DNA from: Candidatus Danuiimicrobium aquiferis
GTDB taxonomy: Bacteria; Omnitrophota; Omnitrophia; Omnitrophales; Danuiimicrobiaceae
Direction: 5' to 3'
DNA: 64,000 nucleotides
Assembly: GCA_001804285.1 (NCBI GenBank)
Contig: MHFR01000016.1
Span: forward strand, 13,975 to 77,974
Positions 47,905-56,087 of the stretch are shown here, one piece after another. The notes under the pieces were generated by a model that made no database searches, was not told where the DNA came from, and saw only the letters and a program-made list of their open reading frames with translations. Both the position numbers and the translations under genes were made by a program. The stretch's first letter is position 1. Each line of letters opens with the position of its first letter.

Positions 47905-48372
47905 ATGAAAATTTTTGATTATCAAACCCGTGTTCGATATGCCGAAACCGACCAAATGCATGTGAGCTATTATGCCAATTACTTCGTTTGGTTTGAGGCG
48001 GCCCGAACAGAATACTTTCGCGCGATCGGGCTGGTGTATGCTGATTTTGAAAAACAGGGGCTATTCCTTCCGGTAGCCGAAGCACATTGCCGGTATCTTG
48101 GGCCGAGCTGCTATGACGATGCGCTTGTGGTTCGTACGGTTGTGAGTCAGATGCGCCAAAGGTCGCTCCGGTTCGAGTATCAAATCTTTAAAAATCTTCC
48201 TCAAGTCGCCAATCCTTTTGAAGGTGCAAAGCCGATTGCGGCAGGTTATACTGTCCACGTGTTTAGCGATGCCAACTTAAAGCCGGCTCGTATTCCGGAT
48301 GCGCTTCGATCGAAGGTTGAGTTGGCCAGCTTGGATATGTCACAATCAGTCAGGCGATCAAATTTCCGATAG
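47905..48372 (+). CDS. Acyl-CoA thioesterase (YbgC/4HBT hot-dog family)
   Basis: MKIFDYQTRVRYAETDQMHVSYYANYFVWFEAARTEYF, typical of 4HBT proteins. Confidence 0.75.
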   Translation: MKIFDYQTRVRYAETDQMHVSYYANYFVWFEAARTEYFRAIGLVYADFEKQGLFLPVAEAHCRYLGPSCYDDALVVRTVVSQMRQRSLRFEYQIFKNLPQVANPFEGAKPIAAGYTVHVFSDANLKPARIPDALRSKVELASLDMSQSVRRSNFR

Positions 48373-48379
48373 AGGCCGC

Positions 48380-50251
48380 ATGAGGTTTAACTTTTGCATT
48401 TGCCGGTTTTTTTATATTCACGCTCTGCGACTGATCATCATTCCAGTTTTAGTTTTTGGTTATTCTCTTCAATCACCTCTTGTTTATGCCGTACCCTCAC
48501 GAGAACTTCGCGTGGGTGTCGCTGTGACGCGGGAGTATCAATCAAACCGCGAGTGGAAACCCTTGTTTGAACGGCGGCTTGCCTATGCGTCAAAAATATT
48601 CCAGAATGAATTTCAAATCAAATTTAAACCTGCCAAATATTGGGATTGGAATCCTTCGAATGAAAATCGGGACATGACCTATTTATTGGAAGATCTGAAA
48701 AGCCAGTTTCCTCTCAATCGAATGGATGTCGATTTTGTGATCGGGCTCAGCCGGTTGTTTGAAGTCAAGACACCGGAGGAAATGAAAGATGTAGATGTGA
48801 TCGGACGAACACAGATTTTTGCCGGCTATATTATTTTGCGAAATCCCAAAAAAACGCTTTATCAAATACAGGAAGAAACAGTGCTTGTGCATGAAATCGC
48901 CCACCTGTTTGGAGCCGTTCACACCAATGAATCAAATACGATTATGTATCCGATTGTTTACCGCCAGATTCCGACACGGTTTGACATGAAAAATCAGGAT
49001 ATTATCCGGCTGACGCGCGATATGAATTTTAAAGAAGGACAGAGGTCGCTTGATCAAAAGACTGCGAAATTATTGATCAACAATTATAAACAGCTCATGG
49101 GATATGATAAATCTTTTGGCTTTTTTTACGCGCTTGGGATTTTTTATTTGAAGCTTGGCTATTATGATGATGCGGCGAATGCGTGGAAAGCGGCGATTGA
49201 GGTTGAGCCGGACAATCCGCAGGTCCGTTATGACCTCGGTGTTTTATATTACAAGCGGGGGAATTCAAAACAGGCAATGAAAGAGCTTGCCCGGGCTGTC
49301 CAGAAATTTGATCATCCAAGCCAGCGTGGAAGTAAAATTTCAGCGCTGAAAATGCTCGGTGCCGCTTATTATGAAGTAGGAGATTCCAACGCCGCGTATC
49401 GTTCATGGACCCAGGTGTTAGTTCTCGATCCTGCAGACCAGGAAGCGAAATTGAATTTGACGACACTCAAATTAAAACAGGGGCAGGTGGACGACGCGAT
49501 TCAGTCATTCCAAAAGGCGTCCGCGAATGAAAATTCTCCACAAGTCCTCAGTAATTTGGGGTCGGCTTACTTCCAAAAAGGGGATTACACAAAAGCGATT
49601 GAATATCTCAACCAAGCGCTCGAGCTTGCGCCGAAACAAAAAACACGCGATGGCCGCGTCAACGAACTTGAAAACTGGCAACCCTCAGAGATTTATAAAC
49701 GCCTCGGATATTGTTATTTGAAGCTCAACCAAAATCAAAAGGCCCTTGAGTCTTTCGGGCAGGCTTGCAGTTTGAATCCTTCCGTTGAATGTCACGAGCG
49801 TCTTGGCGAAATCTATTTCCGGATGCGTGATTGGCAAAATACAATTCGTGAGCTGAGTGCGGTCGAAAGACAGGGTGAACAGTCCGCAGAACTTTATGGG
49901 ATTTTAGGAACGGCGTTTACCCGGCTGGGACAAACAACCGAAGCGGTCAGTATGTTCCAAAAAGGGCTGCCGCTTGCAAAAGATTCGAAAGTGGCTGCGC
50001 AATTTCATAATAATTTGGGAACTTTATTTTTGCATTTGAACCGCCCGGATGATTCGGTTAAGGAATTTCAGATCGCTATTCAAAGAAATTGGAATAATGA
50101 CGAAGCACACTTTGGGCTCGCCCGGGCATATGTTCTTCAGAACCGGTTTCCGGAAGCAAAGCAGTCTCTGGGATATGCGCTTCAATTGAATCCAAACCAC
50201 AAAGAAGCGAAAAAGCTGTTGAAAGACGTGGAAAAGAGCTTGGGACGATAG
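48380..50251 (+). CDS. Secreted zincin-like metallopeptidase domain (HEIAHLFGAVH) fused to C-terminal TPR repeats
   Basis: ATG at 48380 with an AGAGG Shine-Dalgarno sequence; signal or transmembrane N-terminus; HExxHxxGxxH motif; at least 8 TPR units. Confidence 0.65.
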   Translation: MRFNFCICRFFYIHALRLIIIPVLVFGYSLQSPLVYAVPSRELRVGVAVTREYQSNREWKPLFERRLAYASKIFQNEFQIKFKPAKYWDWNPSNENRDMTYLLEDLKSQFPLNRMDVDFVIGLSRLFEVKTPEEMKDVDVIGRTQIFAGYIILRNPKKTLYQIQEETVLVHEIAHLFGAVHTNESNTIMYPIVYRQIPTRFDMKNQDIIRLTRDMNFKEGQRSLDQKTAKLLINNYKQLMGYDKSFGFFYALGIFYLKLGYYDDAANAWKAAIEVEPDNPQVRYDLGVLYYKRGNSKQAMKELARAVQKFDHPSQRGSKISALKMLGAAYYEVGDSNAAYRSWTQVLVLDPADQEAKLNLTTLKLKQGQVDDAIQSFQKASANENSPQVLSNLGSAYFQKGDYTKAIEYLNQALELAPKQKTRDGRVNELENWQPSEIYKRLGYCYLKLNQNQKALESFGQACSLNPSVECHERLGEIYFRMRDWQNTIRELSAVERQGEQSAELYGILGTAFTRLGQTTEAVSMFQKGLPLAKDSKVAAQFHNNLGTLFLHLNRPDDSVKEFQIAIQRNWNNDEAHFGLARAYVLQNRFPEAKQSLGYALQLNPNHKEAKKLLKDVEKSLGR

Positions 50252-50345
50252 AACACAAGAGCACAAGGTTACAGGCGCACAAGTGATTAAATAGGTTGAT
50301 GAGTATTTATTCGTGTCCTTGAGAATTTGGATTGAACGGTTTGTT

Positions 50346-51131
50346 CTACCTGTGATCCTGTGCGCTTATGCTCTTGCGGCCTAATTTTGCCAAGTAGGAC
50401 TTAATCACATTTACGGGAATAGCAAAACTACGTGCTGTTTTTTGATTTGATTTCGCGTTCATAATTCCCAGGAGACTGCCATCTTCATCAAAAACCGGAC
50501 TACCACTGTCACCCTCATAAATATCGAAGTTAATTTGAATCGCGTCAACAGCATGAGCTTCTTTCGAGGGCGTATTTGATCGCTTTGCAATCGCTTTGAC
50601 TTTTCCTTCACTGATTGAATTTTTTCTAAGTTTTGAATTCCCGACGCAATAGACTTTTCTTCCGGGTTTCAATTGATCAGAATCGGCAAAACGGACGGCC
50701 ACCAGAAAAAATGGCGGCTCGATTTTGATAAAGGCTAAATCATTTTCGGGGTGAACTTCAAGTAAAATTCCGTCAACGATGGTTTTGTCGTGAAGCGCGA
50801 CACGGATGCGTCCGGATTTCTGGACGGTGTGAGCATTGGTCACAATAATACCGTCTGGATCAATAATGACGCCCGCTCCTTCCCGCTTGTAGTATACGGG
50901 ACGAACACGGCCGAGCATTACAATCCTTCCGGTTTTTGGATCAAGGAATTGTTGTTTCCCTCCAAACGCGCCGCCTGATTCTGCGCGGACAGTTACGACT
51001 GCCTGGGAAGCGTGAAATAAATTTGCCAGAACTGATTGAGCCGATTCGACTTCCGTGGTACCGGACAGAATCAAAAATTGGATTCCGATGATAAACGTAA
51101 TGGTTTTTCGAGTAAACATATCATTCTCCAT
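50346..51131 (-). CDS. Trypsin-like (S1) serine protease, secreted, no PDZ
   Basis: Signal peptide; GDSGSPV catalytic-serine motif; His/Asp regions. Confidence 0.8.
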   Translation of the reverse strand: MENDMFTRKTITFIIGIQFLILSGTTEVESAQSVLANLFHASQAVVTVRAESGGAFGGKQQFLDPKTGRIVMLGRVRPVYYKREGAGVIIDPDGIIVTNAHTVQKSGRIRVALHDKTIVDGILLEVHPENDLAFIKIEPPFFLVAVRFADSDQLKPGRKVYCVGNSKLRKNSISEGKVKAIAKRSNTPSKEAHAVDAIQINFDIYEGDSGSPVFDEDGSLLGIMNAKSNQKTARSFAIPVNVIKSYLAKLGRKSISAQDHR

Positions 51132-51349
51132 GATACCAATAAATCTATTTTATCATGATTTCTTGGAATTCATAGATGCTGATTTAAAAAATACATGTTG
51201 AGAAAAGTGAACGAAATTTTACTGTCTTTATAAATTTCTTTTCGGCACCATGCGTGAAAAAATTTGATATTTTTATGTATTTTGATTGACCGATACAAGC
51301 ATGCGTGTTAAACTCAAGCCCTTAAAAAACCCTGATAGAATAGGGTTTG

Positions 51350-51553
51350 TAGCGGGCTAACCCGACTTTCTTATTCGTTTTTTGAGTCGGCGAGAAAGTC
51401 GCTTTGGGTGCAATTTATTACACCCAAAGTTTTGCGCCCTATTTGAACAAGGGCGCAAAAGATAAGCCCTGCGGCGCAGAGATATAAGCCATCTTTGCGC
51501 CGCAGCTCTGACGAGCGGAATTTCTCATTAGCGAATCGAAATCCGGGCTAACT
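51350..51553. repeat. Family C-related element: cgggctaac at both ends, enclosing four serial hairpins (gactttct/agaaagtc; ctttgggtg/cacccaaag; gcgccct/agggcgc; ctgcggcgca/tgcgccgcag)
   Basis: Palindromes read from the sequence; located upstream of gpsA. Confidence 0.6.
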
Positions 51554-51573
51554 GTAATTATAATTTTGATATA

Positions 51574-52584
51574 ATGACAAAAAAATATAAAGTTTCAATA
51601 CTTGGCGACGGCGGTTGGGGAACGGCACTTGCCATTTTGAATGCGCGCAGAGAAAATGAAGTGATGCTTTGGAGCGCCTTTCATGATTATGTGCAGGTAC
51701 TCGAAGAAACGAGAGAAAATAAAAAGTTCCTCCCCGACGTTAAAATCCCCCCCCAAGTTCAAATGACTTCTGATATCGGAGAAGCAGTCAAATTTGCAGA
51801 TTTGGTTGTGCTTGCGATTCCATCTCTTTATTTGAGGAATGTCCTTTTTAAACTGAAAGAGTTTGATTTAAAAAATAAAGTTTTGGTTAGCGTAGCCAAG
51901 GGGATTGAGCTTAAGACACTTACGCGCCCATCTGAAATTATTCGGTCTGTCCTGGGGAATGTTGATCTGGCCGTTCTTTCAGGCCCCTCACATGCTGAAG
52001 AAGTTGCGCGTGACCTTCCAACTGTTGTTGTGGTCGGTTCGGACAACCCGAAAATTTCTCAAATCGTTCAGGAGGCATTTCGCGATACTTTCTTTCGAGT
52101 TTATGTGCAGAATGACGTTACGGGAATTGAATTGGGCGGTGTGCTTAAGAATGTGATTGCCCTCGGTGCCGGAATTTCAGACGGGTTGGGTTTTGGCGCA
52201 AATGCGAAAGCAGCGCTTTTGACGCGTGGACTTCTTGAAATGGTACGCTTGGGAGCAAAAATGGGGGCTAACCCAAATACTTTTTTTGGGCTAGCCGGAT
52301 TGGGCGATTTGATTACGACTTGTATTTCTCCATATGGAAGAAATCTTTATGTTGGGCGCGAAATCGGAAAAGGGCGAAAATTAAAAGAGATTTTAGGAAA
52401 AATGGAGATGGTGGCTGAGGGAGTTGAGACAGCGCGTTGTGCGTATGCGCTTGCTGAGAAATATCAACTTCACGCACCGATTATTACAGAAATTTATAAA
52501 ATGCTTTATGAAGATAAAGATCCGCGGCAGGCGATTGTGGATCTGATGACTCGTGAAGCGCATGAAGAGATGAAACAATATTGA
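51574..52584 (+). CDS. gpsA: NAD(P)H-dependent glycerol-3-phosphate dehydrogenase
   Basis: ILGDGGWGTALA and conserved GpsA core. Confidence 0.9.
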   Translation: MTKKYKVSILGDGGWGTALAILNARRENEVMLWSAFHDYVQVLEETRENKKFLPDVKIPPQVQMTSDIGEAVKFADLVVLAIPSLYLRNVLFKLKEFDLKNKVLVSVAKGIELKTLTRPSEIIRSVLGNVDLAVLSGPSHAEEVARDLPTVVVVGSDNPKISQIVQEAFRDTFFRVYVQNDVTGIELGGVLKNVIALGAGISDGLGFGANAKAALLTRGLLEMVRLGAKMGANPNTFFGLAGLGDLITTCISPYGRNLYVGREIGKGRKLKEILGKMEMVAEGVETARCAYALAEKYQLHAPIITEIYKMLYEDKDPRQAIVDLMTREAHEEMKQY

Positions 52585-52761
52585 AACAAAGGACCAATGT
52601 CCAAATCTCAATAACCAAGGAAGCTCCAAAGTTACAATTTTTAATTGGGGAATGATTTTCTTTGGATTTCATTGGTCATTGGGGATTGGACATTGATATT
52701 TTGATTAACTATACTAAGGTAGCTTACATTTGTAAGTTGCTCATTGAAAGGAGGTGAAAAC

Positions 52762-53034
52762 ATGAATAAGCAAGAACTCATTTCCAAAATTGCAAAGGAT
52801 ATGGAAGTTTCAAAGTCCAAGGCAAATGATATGCTGAATTGCACAGTGGAAGCGATTAAAGGTGCATTGAAAAAAGGTCAGCGTGTTCAATTGATCGGCT
52901 TTGGGACGTTTCTCGTCCGCCAGCGCAAAGCTCGCATGGGTCGCAATCCGAAAACCGGAGAAACGATTCAGATTAAGGCGCGCAAGGTTCCGGCTTTCTC
53001 AGCTGGTTCTGAATTGAAGAAGATGTTGAGGTAG
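52762..53034 (+). CDS. hup: DNA-binding protein HU
   Basis: MNKQELISKIA...GFGTF...RNPKTGE signature; AGGAGGTGA Shine-Dalgarno sequence. Confidence 0.9.
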   Translation: MNKQELISKIAKDMEVSKSKANDMLNCTVEAIKGALKKGQRVQLIGFGTFLVRQRKARMGRNPKTGETIQIKARKVPAFSAGSELKKMLR

Positions 53035-53164
53035 GATTCTTCAAGTAGGAGTCAGGTGTCAGAAATCAGGAAGCACAGGTTAGGTTTTCTTGTTGGTTTT
53101 AAATTTTGTTTTCTGGTTTCTGACATCTGATATCTTCCCTCTGTAAATGTTAAATAAAAGTTGG

Positions 53165-53238
53165 CGGGACGTGGCTCAGCCCGGTAGAGCACACCCTTGG
53201 GGTGGGTGGGGTCGAGAGTTCAAATCTCTCCGTCCCGA
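53165..53238 (+). tRNA. tRNA-Pro (anticodon GGG)
   Basis: Folded by hand. Acceptor cgggacg/cgtcccg, D-stem gctc/gagc, anticodon stem caccc/gggtg with loop ttGGGgt, T-arm gagag-ttcaaat-ctctc, discriminator A. CCA is not encoded. Confidence 0.85.
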
Positions 53239-53252
53239 GACGCAAATAGTGA

Positions 53253-53290
53253 ACGGTCAACGACTTATAGTTGTTGACCGTTTTGCTATT
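53253..53290 (+). terminator. Rho-independent terminator after the tRNA (acggtcaacg / cgttgaccgt + T-run); the 3' arm doubles as the -35 of the integrase promoter
   Basis: Stem-loop followed by tttt. Confidence 0.6.
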
Positions 53291-53303
53291 TTGGGGGTAT
53301 AAT
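53274..53303 (+). promoter_or_regulatory. Sigma70-like promoter (TTGACC, 18-nt spacer, TATAAT) for the integrase, followed by the palindrome ctacgtaaattgctacgtag
   Basis: Hexamers and spacing read from the sequence. Confidence 0.5.
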
Positions 53304-53346
53304 GCCATCTGCTACGTAAATTGCTACGTAGAAAAAGGAGAAAACG

Positions 53347-54375
53347 ATGGCTCAAGCATTCCTCCACAAGCGCGGAAAAGTTTATTACGCCCGGTACAGA
53401 AACCGGAACGGAAAAGAGTGCTGGAAATCGTTTAAAACCAATTCCAAAGAAATCGCAAACGCAAAACTTGCCAAGCTCGTAGAAGCCCTCGAAAAAGATG
53501 AGCTCGGCTGGCTCAATCCAAAACCCATTTCAGAATACCTTCCCGAATATCTGGCGATCTGCGGTGCGGAACACTCCCCAAAAACACTCAGCAATGAAAA
53601 GAAAATCTTGGATGAGTTCCTCAAATTTTGCGGAGCCCAAACCTTAAATCAAATTACGGTGGATCGCGTTGAAGCGTTCAAAGTTAAACGCGTCCATAAA
53701 GTCAGCAAATCGACGGTGAACCGGGAAGTCTCGGTCATTAAAGCTTTTCTCAACCGCGCGGTGGCGCTTGGTTATCTCAACCGGCATCCGGCACAATTTG
53801 TGAAGAAATTCAAAGAAGATCAAAAACAGATTCAATTTCTTTCAGACGAAGAGATTAAGAAACTGCTTGCGGTTTGCTCTCCGAAAATGAAACAAATCGT
53901 GACGATCTTTTTGACCACCGGCATGCGCTTGGGCGAGCTGACACATCTGCGCTGGAAAGATGTCGATTTCCGCCATAAGCAGATCATCATTCAGAACCGG
54001 CCTGACTGGACGACAAAGAGCCATAAACCGCGTGTGATTCCCATGCATCCGGTAACCTTTGCGATATTGTCATCCTTACCCAAAGATTACGATTACGTCT
54101 TTCCGACAAGGGACGGCGCCACGATCGACAGTTACATCCGCCAGGAAATCGCCCGCTATGCCGATAAAGCCGGTGTCCACGCCAGCGTGAAAATGTTTCG
54201 ATCAACCTTTGCCAGCAATCTCGTCATGAGCGGCGTTGATATCTACGCCGTCTCCAAACTCCTCGGCCACCATGACGTAAAAATAACCGAAAAGCACTAT
54301 GCACACCTAACGCCAGACTTTTTAAGCCACTCCGTCCAGAGGTTAAGTTTTGAATTTGATAAGAAGAAGGGATAG
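53347..54375 (+). CDS. int: Tyrosine-type site-specific integrase
   Basis: C-terminal catalytic region ...FRSTFAS...LLGHHDVKITEKHYAHL (R..H..R..Y), N-terminal SAM-like domain, directly 3' of the tRNA. Confidence 0.9.
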   Translation: MAQAFLHKRGKVYYARYRNRNGKECWKSFKTNSKEIANAKLAKLVEALEKDELGWLNPKPISEYLPEYLAICGAEHSPKTLSNEKKILDEFLKFCGAQTLNQITVDRVEAFKVKRVHKVSKSTVNREVSVIKAFLNRAVALGYLNRHPAQFVKKFKEDQKQIQFLSDEEIKKLLAVCSPKMKQIVTIFLTTGMRLGELTHLRWKDVDFRHKQIIIQNRPDWTTKSHKPRVIPMHPVTFAILSSLPKDYDYVFPTRDGATIDSYIRQEIARYADKAGVHASVKMFRSTFASNLVMSGVDIYAVSKLLGHHDVKITEKHYAHLTPDFLSHSVQRLSFEFDKKKG

Positions 54376-54427
54376 AATATGGCGAACTTAATGCCGAAAA
54401 AAAGTAGCAGGGAGGTTAGACGTTTAT

Positions 54428-55921
54428 ATGGCATTGCCGATTAATATCGATGAATTGTTGCACGGCCGCGTGGTTGAGACCGAGCGTCTTGAATTCAAGG
54501 AGGGATGGAATCCGCAAGCTGTCCTGCATACGATGTGCGCCTTTGCCAACGATATCAACAACTGGGGTGGCGGATATATCGTGATCGGAGTCGAGGAAAA
54601 TAAGACTGGGCCGGCCTTCTCACCTAAGGGGCTGGCGCCTTCCGAGATCAAAAAAATCCAAAAAAAACTTTTAAGCCTTTCTCACAGGATCAAACCGGAA
54701 TATTTTCCGATTGTTGACGTTACAAATTACAAGGGCAAGAACATCGTCATCATCTGGGTTCCCGGTGGAACGAACCGGCCATATAAAGCCGCGGAGACAT
54801 TAGGCAAGGGCGCGCCATACGCGTATTATATTCGCCGCAACGATACGACAAAACGCGCGACGGCGTCTGATGAGCGTAGTCTAATGAAACTCGCCAACGA
54901 CATTCCTTTTGACGACCGCGTTAATTACAAGGCAACTCTAAAAGATTTGGATATTCGGCGGATTGAACAATATCTAAGCGATGTAAAAAGCGATCTCGTC
55001 CGGGAAATGTCAAAGATGCCGCTTAAGGATCTATACCGCAGGATGAATATAGTTGAGGGACAGGATGAATTGTTGAGGCCAAAGAATATCGGACTTATGC
55101 TTTTTTGTATTGATCCCCAAAAGTATTTCCCGCGCACGACCATTGATGTCGTGAAATATAAAGACGATGTCGGCGACGACTTTGATGAAAAGATTTTCGC
55201 CGGGCCTATTCATGAACAGTTGCGCGCTGCGCTTCAATATATTAAAAATTTGATGATAATCGAATATGTTCATAAGGTTGAAGGCCGGGCAGAGGCGGAG
55301 AGATTCTTTAATTATCCGTACGCGGCTATCGAGGAATCTTTGGTGAATGCGGTATACCATCGTAGTTATGAGGAACGCGAGCCGATCGAAGTGCGGATTT
55401 ATCCGGACAAGATTTATATCATTAGTTATCCGGGGCCTTTACCGCCGCTGGGCAAAGATAATATTAATGAACCGATCGTCACGCCGCGCCGGTATCGCAA
55501 CAGCCGGTTAGGCGATTCTCTGAAAGAACTTGAATTGGCGGAAGGCCGGTGTACGGGATTTCCAAAAATCCGCCGCGCGCTTAAAAATAATGGATCGCCT
55601 CCGCCAAATTTTGAGACTGATGACGACCGCACATATTTTATGGTAACTCTTAAGATTAACCCAAGAGCGAAGAAAATGGCGGCAAAAATAACTCCTGAAA
55701 TGGCTGAGAAAAATGAGGGAATAAACGAGGGATTAAATGAGGGATTAAAATCTCTCTTGAAAGTAATTAAAGAAAATCCCGGCATCAAAGCAAAAGATGT
55801 CAGCTTGCGGCTTGACGGAAGGCCGATCAAAACGATAGAACGGCAAATAACGACTCTTATCGATAGCAAATTAATAGAACGAAGAGGAAGTCGCAAGACC
55901 GGCGGGTATTTCATTAAATAG
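54428..55921 (+). CDS. AlbA_2 (Schlafen-like) + HATPase_c_4-like + C-terminal wHTH regulator, of the family annotated as 'ATP-dependent DNA helicase RecG-related transcriptional regulator'
   Basis: LEFKEGWNP...AFANDINNWGGGYIVIGVEE N-terminal motif; NAVYHRSYEEREPIEVRIYPDKIYIISYPG core; winged helix at the C-terminus. Confidence 0.7.
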   Translation: MALPINIDELLHGRVVETERLEFKEGWNPQAVLHTMCAFANDINNWGGGYIVIGVEENKTGPAFSPKGLAPSEIKKIQKKLLSLSHRIKPEYFPIVDVTNYKGKNIVIIWVPGGTNRPYKAAETLGKGAPYAYYIRRNDTTKRATASDERSLMKLANDIPFDDRVNYKATLKDLDIRRIEQYLSDVKSDLVREMSKMPLKDLYRRMNIVEGQDELLRPKNIGLMLFCIDPQKYFPRTTIDVVKYKDDVGDDFDEKIFAGPIHEQLRAALQYIKNLMIIEYVHKVEGRAEAERFFNYPYAAIEESLVNAVYHRSYEEREPIEVRIYPDKIYIISYPGPLPPLGKDNINEPIVTPRRYRNSRLGDSLKELELAEGRCTGFPKIRRALKNNGSPPPNFETDDDRTYFMVTLKINPRAKKMAAKITPEMAEKNEGINEGLNEGLKSLLKVIKENPGIKAKDVSLRLDGRPIKTIERQITTLIDSKLIERRGSRKTGGYFIK

Positions 55922-55982
55922 TATAGGGTTCAAGTCTGACACCATTTTATGGCGGAAATCATCGAAATGATGATAGGGAAAA

Positions 55983-56042
55983 AAGGTCGTAGAAAGAGTC
56001 GTAGAAAAGGTCGGAGAAAGAGTCACTGAAAAGGTCACTGAA
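55983..56042 (+). repeat. Five tandem 12-nt direct repeats (aaggtcgtagaa / agagtcgtagaa / aaggtcggagaa / agagtcactgaa / aaggtcactgaa) upstream of hsdR
   Basis: Read directly from the sequence. Confidence 0.8.
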
Positions 56043-56087
56043 AACCAAAGGCAGATTTTACTTAAAAGGAAGAAATATTATTTAATT

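Noticed and set aside
53035-53164. Possible attachment-site repeat or second tRNA between hup and tRNA-Pro
   Set aside because: Only a 13-bp imperfect inverted repeat (tgtcagaaatcag/ctggtttctgaca) is present. There is no cloverleaf and no match to the tRNA 3' end. It is likely just the hup terminator region.
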